Translations under genes and position numbers: made by a program
Shown: piece by piece, positions 34,520 through 42,167 of the stretch
Numbering within the stretch: the first letter of the stretch is position 1
Layout: each line of letters begins with the position of its first letter
The notes under the pieces: model-generated
The model's input: only the letters and a program-made list of their open reading frames with translations
Databases searched by the model: none
What the model was told of the DNA's origin: nothing
NCBI GenBank assembly: GCA_016931785.1
Contig: JAFGED010000206.1
Location: 1-54,567, forward strand
DNA: 54,567 nucleotides
Direction of reading: 5' to 3'
Origin: Anaerolineae bacterium
GTDB taxonomy: Bacteria; Chloroflexota; Anaerolineae; B4-G1

Positions 34520-36801
34520 GAGATCGGTTGAAGGACCATCGCGGGCTGGCCATCATCCTGGCGCTTTACGTGATCGTGGCCGTGCTGTATGGCGCGCTGA
34601 CGCCCATCTTTGAGACGCCGGACGCCAACGGCCACTATGCCTACATCCACGAATTGACCGAGGGGCGCGGTTTCCCGGTCCACGATACGCCGTCCGGCGA
34701 GCGGGTCACGGGGTACGTCGCCGGGCATCCCCCGCTTTACTATCTCCTCAGCGCCGCGGCGACCTTTTGGGTAAAGGATGACGTGGATTTTGCAGATTGG
34801 GCCTGGTTCAACCCCTTCCACGCGATGGGCAACGCCGATGCCGCGGCCAACAAGAACCGCCTCGTCCACACCGACGCCGAGGCTTTCCCCTGGCGCGGCA
34901 CGCCGCTGACGGTGCACATCGCGCGCCTGGTCTCGACCGCGCTGGGAGCGCTGGCTGTCGTGGCGGCCTACGGGATCGTGCTGGAATTCTTCCCCGAACG
35001 CCGCTGGCTGGCTTTGGGCGCAGCCGCGTTCACGGCCTTTAACCCCATGTTTCTCTTCACCGCCGCGCGGGTGAGTAACGATGCCGCCGTGACCGCCTTT
35101 AGCTCGCTCGCCGTGTGGGGCGCTGTGCGGTTGGCGATGCGCGGCCTTTCTTGGCGCGGGCTTGCGCTGCCGGGCGCAGCGTATGGCTTGGCGGCGCTCT
35201 CCAAGCTCAGCGGCGTGATCCTCGGCCCCGTCCTCCTTCTCGCGCTCCTCTTCGATGCGTGGCGTGTAGGGCACTACAAAGTCAGCCGCCTCTTCTGCAG
35301 GGATCAGCTTGCTCGTCTGCTCGCTGGCGGGGTCATCCTCTTTGGCACCACTGCCGCCGTCTGTGGCTGGTGGTTCATCCGCAACCTGGTGCTCTACGGC
35401 GAATTGATGGGCACCGATGCCTGGTTGAGCCACACCGCGACGGTGCGGGCGGACCCCATCGGATTCCTCGACGTCATCCCCCAGTTGAAAGGGTTGGAGA
35501 TGTCCTACTGGGCGATGTTCGGCTGGTTCAACGTCGCCGCAGCTTCGTGGATGTACCAGGTCTGGTGGGTGCTGGTGCGGCTGGCGGCCTTTGGTCTGGC
35601 CTCCATCCTGGTGGACCAGTGGACGGCGCGCCGGTTCCCACGCCCGTTGCAGGCCGGATTGGTGGTCGCGGCCTTTTCCCTTCTGCTGATATTCGGCTCC
35701 GTCTGGCGCTTTATCATGATCGTGTTGGGCTCCCAGGGCCGCTACCTGATGCCCGTCACTGCCGTCATCTCCATTCTCATGGTGCTCGGCCTGGATCGCC
35801 TGATCCTGCACCGCTTCACGCCTGGGCTGGCGTTGTTCCTGGGCGTGGGGCAGTTGGCGATTGCGCTGATTTGTCTCTTTGCCTTCATCCTGCCGGCCTA
35901 CGCCAGGCCGCAGTTGGTGGAGGAAAGTGCGTTGCCTGCCGACATGCTGCGCTTTGACGTGACCTTCGAGGGCACGCCGATCCAGCTCCTGGGCGGTGTG
36001 ATCGAGGCGGATGGTGTGCGGCCCAGCGAAAGCGTGGCGCTGAGCCTCTACTGGCGGGCCTTGGAGACGGTACAAAAAGACCCCATAGCCTTTGTCCAGA
36101 TCCTGGGCAAGGATGCAGAGCCCTTGGTGGGGGAGGATTGCTATCCGGGGCGGGGCAACTTTCCCGCCACGCTCTGGCAGCCGGGCGTCATCTACCGCGA
36201 CCGCTACCGCCTGGTCGTCGCCGCAGACGCCGAAACGCCCATCATCGCCGCTTTGCACGCCGGGCTTCGCTGGCAGGGCGCCGAGCGCCTCATTGGCCTG
36301 TTCCCCTCTGGTCGCCCGGTGCCCGAGCCGGTGCTCTTCGACCTGGTGGCCCTGCGCTCGATCGAGCAGCCCTCGGACAAAGTCGCCTACCCCGTGGGCG
36401 CGCGGATCGGCGACGCCATCACGCTGGCGGGATACGATATCTCTGCGCAGGAGGTGCGTCCCGGCGAGACGTTGACCGTCACGCTCGTCTGGCGCGCCGA
36501 GGGGGCTCCCGATGGGGATTACACGGCCTTCGTCCACCTGGTCGACGGGGACGGCAACCTCGTGGCCCAGGACGACCATCCCCCTTTGGGAGACGAGTAC
36601 CGCACCTCCTTCTGGGCGCGCGGCGACGTCATCCGCGATGCGTACAGCCTGACGCTGGATGAGGATCAGCCGCCTGGCGGCTGCACGCTCCTGATTGGGC
36701 TGTACGACCCGGCGGCGCAGGTGCGCGTGCCAGCCTACGACGGCCTGGGCGGGCGCTTCAGGGATGACGCCGTCATCGCGGGCGGGGTGACCGTCAGGTG
36801 A
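34516..36801 (+). CDS. Type-C PMT_2/ArnT-like GT-C glycosyltransferase with two shared C-terminal modules
   Basis: ATG 34516 is in an ATGA overlap with the upstream stop. IFETPDANGHYAY, GHPPLYYLLSAA, EAFPWRGTPLTVHIARL. Module 2 LAGYDISA..VTLVWRA..DYTAFVHLVDGDGNLVAQDDHPP. Confidence 0.9.
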   Translation: MRDRLKDHRGLAIILALYVIVAVLYGALTPIFETPDANGHYAYIHELTEGRGFPVHDTPSGERVTGYVAGHPPLYYLLSAAATFWVKDDVDFADWAWFNPFHAMGNADAAANKNRLVHTDAEAFPWRGTPLTVHIARLVSTALGALAVVAAYGIVLEFFPERRWLALGAAAFTAFNPMFLFTAARVSNDAAVTAFSSLAVWGAVRLAMRGLSWRGLALPGAAYGLAALSKLSGVILGPVLLLALLFDAWRVGHYKVSRLFCRDQLARLLAGGVILFGTTAAVCGWWFIRNLVLYGELMGTDAWLSHTATVRADPIGFLDVIPQLKGLEMSYWAMFGWFNVAAASWMYQVWWVLVRLAAFGLASILVDQWTARRFPRPLQAGLVVAAFSLLLIFGSVWRFIMIVLGSQGRYLMPVTAVISILMVLGLDRLILHRFTPGLALFLGVGQLAIALICLFAFILPAYARPQLVEESALPADMLRFDVTFEGTPIQLLGGVIEADGVRPSESVALSLYWRALETVQKDPIAFVQILGKDAEPLVGEDCYPGRGNFPATLWQPGVIYRDRYRLVVAADAETPIIAALHAGLRWQGAERLIGLFPSGRPVPEPVLFDLVALRSIEQPSDKVAYPVGARIGDAITLAGYDISAQEVRPGETLTVTLVWRAEGAPDGDYTAFVHLVDGDGNLVAQDDHPPLGDEYRTSFWARGDVIRDAYSLTLDEDQPPGGCTLLIGLYDPAAQVRVPAYDGLGGRFRDDAVIAGGVTVR

Positions 36802-39053
36802 GCCAAGTTCCAAATCTCGAGTCTCAAATCTCAAATCGCAAATCGCAAATCGCGTTGATTCTCCTCGCCTTTGTGTTGCTTGGCGTCTTTTACAGCCTCG
36901 CCACACCGCCCCTGGAGGCCTCAGACGAGTTCGACCACTACCCCTACGTCCAGTATGTGCAGACGCAGGGCGCGCTGCCGGTGATGGACCCCGCCGATCC
37001 CGACCCCTGGCGGCAGGAGGGCGGTCAACCGCCGCTGTACTACCTGCTGATGGCCGGGCTGACCTCCTGGATCGACACGAGTGACCTGGAGGACGTGCGC
37101 TGGCTGAACCATCACGCCTTCATCGGCATGCCGGACCAGGTAGGCAACAAGAACCTGATCATCCACCGGCCTGAGCGGGAGGCGTTTCCGTGGCGAGGTA
37201 CGGTCCTGGCCGTCCACGTGATCCGGCTGGGCTCGGTGGCGCTGGGCGCGGTGACGGTGTGGCTGGTGTGGCGGGTGGCGGCCCAACTCTGCCCGCAGTC
37301 CGGCTGGGCGCCCCTGGCGGCGGCTGCCCTGACCGCCTTCAACCCGATGGTCCTCTTTGTCAGCGCCGCGGTCAATAACGACGTGCTGGCGGCGCTTTTC
37401 GGCAGTCTGGCGTTGTTGATCTTGCTCAAAATCTCTGATCTCAAATCTCAAATCTCCTGGACGAGTTATCTATGGCTGGGCATCGTCCTCGGCCTGGGAG
37501 CACTGACCAAGCTCAGCCTCGCTGCGATGATCCCCCTGGCTCTCCTCGTCGTCGCCCTCCGTACCTGGCGCCAGCATACAGAGACGTCCTTCTCTCGCCG
37601 GGCAGCATGGGTCATTGCTCATTGCTCATTGATCATTACGGTGGTTTTAGCCACCGCCGGCTGGTGGTTCCTGCGCAACTGGCGCCTCTACGGCGACCCC
37701 ACCGCCGTTAACGTCTTTATGCAGATTCTGGGCTATCGGGCCGAGCCGCTGACGCTGAAGGACCTGTGGGAGGAGTTTGGGACCTTCCGCCGCACCTACT
37801 GGGGGTTGTTCGGCGGGGTCAACGTGCCTGCCCCGGAGCCGTTCTATGTCTTCTGCGACCTGCTCTCGCTGGCTGGGCTGGTTGGGCTGGCCCTGCGCGC
37901 CTGGCGGCGGCGGAGGGAGGGCATCGGCGTCTGGTGGATACCCCTGCTGTGGATCGCCATCCTTTTCGCTGCCCTCCTGCGCTGGGTGGTGATGTACTAT
38001 TCCTTCCAGGGCCGCCTGATGTTCCCCGGCATCGCCGCCCTCAGCACGTTCCTGGCCCTGGGGCTTGGGGAGTGGCTCCCGGAGCGCTGGCGTCCGGCGA
38101 TTGGGTGGGCAGTGGGTGGCGTGCTTTTGGCGCTGGCGGTGATCGTGCCTTTCGTCTCCATCCTCCCGGCCTATGAATATCCCGCGCCGCTCGCCCTGGC
38201 CGACGTGCCCGCGGAGGCGCGCGTCGAGCCGGTGGACGTGGGCGGCGTGGCCCGCATCGTGGGATGGGAGTTCGAGCAACAGGCGGTCCAACCGGGCGAC
38301 CTTGCTGCCTGCGTCAAAGTTGTGGTATACTGGGAAGCCACAGCGCCCGATGGGCGGGACTATGCCAGTTCTGGCGAACTGGTCAGCTTTGCAAAGCTCT
38401 TGGGGCGCGGGCACCGGGGGGCGGGACAGGTCAACCGGCACCCGGTCGACGGCATGGTGCCCACCAGCCTGTGGCAGCCCGGCCAGGTGTGGCGCGACCG
38501 CTACTGCGTGAAGGTCGATCCCGATGCGGCGGCCCCCAGCCTCCTGCGAGTCGAGGTGGGGTTGTACGACCCGCAGGCGGGGCAGGACCTGGGTTCGGTG
38601 CGCGTGGGGGAGGCCAAGCTGGCTCCGGCGGGAACGCAGGCTCTGCCGGATCACGCGCTGGAAGTGGAGCTGAGCGACGGGATCGCGCTGCGCGGCTACG
38701 ATCTCTCGGCCGGAAGCGTCGCGCCGGGAGAGGCAATCACGCTGACGCTCCACTGGGAGGCGCGGGGCGCGCCCTCGGCCGATTACCAGGTGTTCGTGCA
38801 CCTCGTCGGCGCCGCGCCGGAGCCAGCGGCGCAGGGGGATGGCCCGCCGCTCATGGGCGACTATCCCACGCGGGTGTGGTCGCCCGGCGAGCTCGTCGTC
38901 GATCCGCACGTCGTAACGCTGCCGCTCGATCTGCCTGCGGGGCGGTACCGGTTGCTCGTGGGAATGTACGGCCTGGAGACACTGGCACGCCTGCCCCGGC
39001 TGGACGGTGCGGGTGACTCTATCGAGATTCCTGTTCACATAGAGGTGCGTTGA
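36798..39053 (+). CDS. Type-C PMT_2/ArnT-like GT-C glycosyltransferase with two shared C-terminal modules; two heptamer-repeat insertions in the reading frame
   Basis: GTG 36798 is in a GTGA overlap with the upstream stop. An in-frame TTG at 36855 directly after the repeat tract is an alternative start. PLEASDEFDHYPY, GQPPLYYLLMAG, EAFPWRGTVLAVHVIRL. Module 2 LRGYDLSA..LTLHWEA..DYQVFVHLVG..YPTRVWSPGELV..GRYRLLVGMYGLE. Confidence 0.88.
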   Translation: MSQVPNLESQISNRKSQIALILLAFVLLGVFYSLATPPLEASDEFDHYPYVQYVQTQGALPVMDPADPDPWRQEGGQPPLYYLLMAGLTSWIDTSDLEDVRWLNHHAFIGMPDQVGNKNLIIHRPEREAFPWRGTVLAVHVIRLGSVALGAVTVWLVWRVAAQLCPQSGWAPLAAAALTAFNPMVLFVSAAVNNDVLAALFGSLALLILLKISDLKSQISWTSYLWLGIVLGLGALTKLSLAAMIPLALLVVALRTWRQHTETSFSRRAAWVIAHCSLIITVVLATAGWWFLRNWRLYGDPTAVNVFMQILGYRAEPLTLKDLWEEFGTFRRTYWGLFGGVNVPAPEPFYVFCDLLSLAGLVGLALRAWRRRREGIGVWWIPLLWIAILFAALLRWVVMYYSFQGRLMFPGIAALSTFLALGLGEWLPERWRPAIGWAVGGVLLALAVIVPFVSILPAYEYPAPLALADVPAEARVEPVDVGGVARIVGWEFEQQAVQPGDLAACVKVVVYWEATAPDGRDYASSGELVSFAKLLGRGHRGAGQVNRHPVDGMVPTSLWQPGQVWRDRYCVKVDPDAAAPSLLRVEVGLYDPQAGQDLGSVRVGEAKLAPAGTQALPDHALEVELSDGIALRGYDLSAGSVAPGEAITLTLHWEARGAPSADYQVFVHLVGAAPEPAAQGDGPPLMGDYPTRVWSPGELVVDPHVVTLPLDLPAGRYRLLVGMYGLETLARLPRLDGAGDSIEIPVHIEVR
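36812..36853. repeat. Heptanucleotide tandem repeat, 6 units (CAAATCT CGAGTCT CAAATCT CAAATCG CAAATCG CAAATCG)
   Basis: Read directly. It occupies codons 5-19 of the ORF starting at 36798 (..NLESQISNRKSQI..). Confidence 0.85.
37427..37455. repeat. Second copy of the CAAATCT heptamer repeat (4 units), in frame inside the same gene
   Basis: CAAAATCT CTGATCT CAAATCT CAAATCT, encoding KISDLKSQIS. The three paralogues have no equivalent residues at this position, which lies before the conserved LGLG.L(T/S)KL(S/T) segment. Confidence 0.8.
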
Positions 39054-39088
39054 CCAGCCCGTAACTTGCAACCTGCAACTCGAAGCTT

Positions 39089-40549
39089 ATGACCCAAGAC
39101 TGGATCACCCGCATCTTTACCTCTCGCCACCGCTGGCTGGCGGTATTGGCCACGTTGGTGCTGTGTGCGCTGCTGGCGCTCGGCATCGGCTACCTGCTGG
39201 CCGAGTTCGGCCCGCTCATCGCCGCCGCGGGATTGGCGGCGCTGTTCGTCGGCCTGTGGATGCTGCGCGATATCGAGGTGGCCTACTGGGCCGTCGTCGG
39301 GGTCGTGTGCCTGCTGCCCTCCGCCGCTTTTCCTTTCGACGTTGGCTTTACCCCCACCTTCCTCGACGCTGCGCTGGGGGCGCTGTTCTTCGTGTGGGTG
39401 TTTCAGGTGGCCACCGGCGTCCAGCGGGACTTTATCGGTACGTCGCTGGGGGGTCCCATCGTCGTGTTTATGCTGTTGGCAGTGGGGGCCTTTGTCCTGG
39501 GGCTTGCTCACGCGCCGCTCACCTCCTACAGCCTGCGCCACTTTGCCGAGCTGCTGCTCAGCATCTCCTTGGTTTTCCTGATCGCCAACACGGTGCGCGA
39601 TGCCGGCCGCCTGGGGCGTATCGTGCGCGTGTTTCTCCTGGGGGCGTTTGCGGCGGCTGGCCTGGGCATTGTCCTCTACGTCGTCGCCTCCTGCGTCTCT
39701 GAGGATCTGGTCATAAGCGCGCTGTCTGCGCTGGGGCGGTTCGGCTATCCCACCGGGTCTGGGGTTTTGCAGTACATCCGCCAGGACCCCGAGTTGCCCC
39801 TGCGGGCGACCTCCACGTCGATCGACCCGAACGTGCTGGGCAACCTGCTCAACCTGGCGCTGGGCGTCGGCGTGCCGCAGTTGTTCGCAGAGCGACCTCT
39901 GATTCGGCGGCGCATCCTGGTGCCGATGTTGGGCGTCATCGCGCTCTGCCTGGTGCTGACCATCAGCCGGGGGGCGTTGGGAGGCTTGGGCGCGGCGCTG
40001 GTCGTCCTCGCCACGCTGCGCTACCGCAAGCTGTGGTGGCTCCTGTTGGCGGCGGCGGTGGCGATCCTGGTCGTCGCGCCGGGCTATGTCGATCATTTCA
40101 TCCAGGGACTGCAGGGGGAGGACCTGGCGACCCAGATGCGCTTTGGCGAGTACAAGGACGCCTTGATCTTGATCGGCCGCTACCCGTTCCTGGGCGTCGG
40201 GTTCGGCGGGTCGCCCGACATCGATACGTACATCGGCGTTTCTATGGTCTATCTCCTGATCGCCGAGCAGATGGGACTTATCGGGCTGGCCAGCTTTCTC
40301 GTCATCGTGGGGGTCTTTTTCGTCCAATTCTGGCGCACGCGCGCTGCGGCGGCTTCCCTGCCCGATCTGGAGCCGGTGTGGTGGGGGCTGCACGTCGCCA
40401 TCGTCGGCGGGCTGGTGAGCGGCGTCGTCGATCATTATTCGTTCAATCTCGACTTTCATTACTCCGTCACCCTCTTCTGGATGGTCCTTGGACTGGCGAC
40501 AGCGGCGACGGTGATTATTCGACAAAGGTGTGAAGCGACTGTAGATTGA
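39089..40549 (+). CDS. Wzy_C-domain membrane protein (O-antigen ligase / polymerase / O-oligosaccharyltransferase family)
   Basis: 486 aa with about 10-12 TM segments. A loop with LVLTISRGALGGLGAALVVLATL is typical of the Wzy_C family. It lies 35 nt after the last GT-C gene. Confidence 0.75.
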   Translation: MTQDWITRIFTSRHRWLAVLATLVLCALLALGIGYLLAEFGPLIAAAGLAALFVGLWMLRDIEVAYWAVVGVVCLLPSAAFPFDVGFTPTFLDAALGALFFVWVFQVATGVQRDFIGTSLGGPIVVFMLLAVGAFVLGLAHAPLTSYSLRHFAELLLSISLVFLIANTVRDAGRLGRIVRVFLLGAFAAAGLGIVLYVVASCVSEDLVISALSALGRFGYPTGSGVLQYIRQDPELPLRATSTSIDPNVLGNLLNLALGVGVPQLFAERPLIRRRILVPMLGVIALCLVLTISRGALGGLGAALVVLATLRYRKLWWLLLAAAVAILVVAPGYVDHFIQGLQGEDLATQMRFGEYKDALILIGRYPFLGVGFGGSPDIDTYIGVSMVYLLIAEQMGLIGLASFLVIVGVFFVQFWRTRAAAASLPDLEPVWWGLHVAIVGGLVSGVVDHYSFNLDFHYSVTLFWMVLGLATAATVIIRQRCEATVD

Positions 40550-40565
40550 AAGGGGAGGTGTAGAG

Positions 40566-41453
40566 ATGACCGGCAAGAGAATCGCATTGATCGTTATCGG
40601 GGTACTGGTGCTTATGGCGCTGACCACCACAGTGGTCTGGGCACAGGATGGCGATACCAATGGAGGCAGCGAAACGAGCGCGACGAACGTGCTGTTGCAG
40701 GCCCTGGCTCCCATCATCGCCATCGCCACGTCCGTCGAGCGAGGGCTGGAGATGTTCTGGGATCGCTGGGAAAAGCCCGGCACGTGGCCCAACAAGCAGG
40801 GTGTGCCGGACAGGGGTGCCCCGCAGTACATCTCGAGCAAGCAGGTAGGTTCCCACATGCTTGGGACGGTGTTTGCCTTCGTCGCCGTCGGCCTGACCAA
40901 TGCCCGTTTCTTTCGCCTGCTGGGCCTGGAGGTCCTGTTCTCCAACCTGGTGCTCTTTGACATCAACATCGGCGGCATCGTCGACGATTTCACCGTCGGC
41001 ACGTTGATCGACTGGCTGATGACGTCGGCTGTCATCGGTTGGGGTGGCACCGAGCTCACCCACAGCGTCATCGAGGGCCTGGTCAAGGGCCGCAACCTGT
41101 GGAAGGAGATGCGCGAGGTCGAGGCGGGGCGCAAGTCGATCCTGGACGCCAAGTTCTTTAACGATTACGTGGCTCCAGAGTTGGAGAAGCGGGGCGTCTC
41201 CGTGGCGATGCTGCGTGAGGCTTTCCAAGCCCTGGAATCGGCCGGCGTGTCGCCGGATCAGTTCATCAGTTCGATGACACTTGGCAAGGCGGACGCGTTT
41301 ATGAGCCAGATAGAGGCCAAGCCGGAGGCAGCTGAGGCGGCCAAGGCCGTGCGCGCGCTTTTGGATGGCGTGCCGGCCGAGAAGGCGATGGAGGTGCCCG
41401 ACGTCCTGGCTCTGTTGAGCCCCGACCTGCGACAGCGGTTCCTCGGGGCCTGA
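40566..41453 (+). CDS. Hypothetical membrane-associated protein (295 aa)
   Basis: GGGGAGG lies 8 nt upstream of ATG 40566. N-terminal signal/TM RIALIVIGVLVLMALTTTVVWAQ, with further hydrophobic segments. The C-terminal half is helical and Ala/Glu-rich. No family recognised. Confidence 0.65.
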   Translation: MTGKRIALIVIGVLVLMALTTTVVWAQDGDTNGGSETSATNVLLQALAPIIAIATSVERGLEMFWDRWEKPGTWPNKQGVPDRGAPQYISSKQVGSHMLGTVFAFVAVGLTNARFFRLLGLEVLFSNLVLFDINIGGIVDDFTVGTLIDWLMTSAVIGWGGTELTHSVIEGLVKGRNLWKEMREVEAGRKSILDAKFFNDYVAPELEKRGVSVAMLREAFQALESAGVSPDQFISSMTLGKADAFMSQIEAKPEAAEAAKAVRALLDGVPAEKAMEVPDVLALLSPDLRQRFLGA

Positions 41454-41471
41454 GAGCAGGCGCAGCATATA

Positions 41472-41661
41472 GAAACAGCGTAACTACTCAGGCTATTCGC
41501 CCGAGCAGTCTCCCTCGCTCGAAAAAGGGAGAGATGGGGGTTGGGAGAGCGGCGCCTGTCCTGAGCGAAGCCGAAGGATCGCCGCTCTCCCAACCCCCGC
41601 CCCCTCTCTTTTCACACGCGAAAGGCAACTGCGAAGCAAGGCTGAGTAGTTACGAAACAGC
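41472..41661 (+). mobile_element. MITE-like element B, complete copy: 174-bp body (41480..41653), 12-bp perfect TIRs, 8-bp target-site duplication, 19-bp central palindrome
   Basis: TIRs GTAACTACTCAG (41480-41491) and CTGAGTAGTTAC (41642-41653). Direct repeats GAAACAGC at 41472-41479 and 41654-41661. Central stem GGGGGTTGGGAGAGCGGCG (41536-41554) pairs with CGCCGCTCTCCCAACCCCC (41580-41598). A second copy lies at 52426..52566 on the other strand. Confidence 0.75.
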
Positions 41662-41666
41662 ATAAA

Positions 41667-41694
41667 TTGACTTCCGCCCGGATTGGGTTATACT
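41667..41694 (+). promoter_or_regulatory. Sigma70-like promoter (-35 TTGACT, 16 nt, -10 TATACT)
   Basis: TTGACT at 41667-41672 and TATACT at 41689-41694, then AGGAG and ATG 41736. Confidence 0.6.
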
Positions 41695-41735
41695 GGGCGT
41701 GCGATGGCGGGTGTACCACGGTTAGGAGAAAATGT

Positions 41736-42086
41736 ATGGCGCATCAGTTGGAAGTAGAGTTCAGGGTGTACTATATCCCTGCAGTGGGCTCTCCGAGGGA
41801 GTGTATCGCCACCCGCAGCGTACCTCACGCCCTGCAGGTTTGGAACGAGAGCGTGGATGCCTACTCGCGCAGCCTGGAGTTGGTCATCAGCGGCGATTGG
41901 CTGATGAAGTTGCTGGCGGAGGATGGTAAGGCGTCCATCGAGGATCCTGACGAGCTCAACCGTGCTGCAGTGATCGACCTTTGTCTCAAGGCGCTTTCCA
42001 CGGACGATGAGCAGCAAAAGGAAGCGTGTTTGAAGCAGGTCTTAAAGACGCTGGGCTACAGTTTAGGCAAGCCCGAGGACGAGTGA
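41736..42086 (+). CDS. Hypothetical small acidic protein (116 aa)
   Basis: ORF 41667..42086 trimmed to ATG 41736 (MAHQLEVEF), preceded by TAGGAG. It has its own promoter and terminator. No family recognised. Confidence 0.6.
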   Translation: MAHQLEVEFRVYYIPAVGSPRECIATRSVPHALQVWNESVDAYSRSLELVISGDWLMKLLAEDGKASIEDPDELNRAAVIDLCLKALSTDDEQQKEACLKQVLKTLGYSLGKPEDE

Positions 42087-42116
42087 GACGAACGAGGTCG
42101 TGCAAGTGGTACGAGG

Positions 42117-42151
42117 CCCGCCGCGCTCCAAAGCGCGGCGGGTTTGTTTTT
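42117..42151 (+). terminator. Rho-independent terminator at the convergence point of the + and - gene blocks
   Basis: CCCGCCGCGC (42117-42126), loop TCCAAA, GCGCGGCGGG (42133-42142), then TTTGTTTTT. Confidence 0.8.
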
Positions 42152-42167
42152 CTGAACGGCAGGCGGC

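Noticed and set aside
34204-36906. 900-aa ORF on the minus strand
   Set aside because: It is completely antisense to two + strand genes with clear family motifs and start/stop coupling. Its product is Arg/Gly/Pro/Ala-rich low-complexity sequence typical of shadow ORFs in high-GC DNA, and it has no recognisable domain.
39035-41152. 705-aa ORF on the minus strand
   Set aside because: It is antisense to the Wzy_C gene and the following membrane protein gene. It has a low-complexity R/Q/P/D-rich translation and no motifs. It is a shadow ORF.
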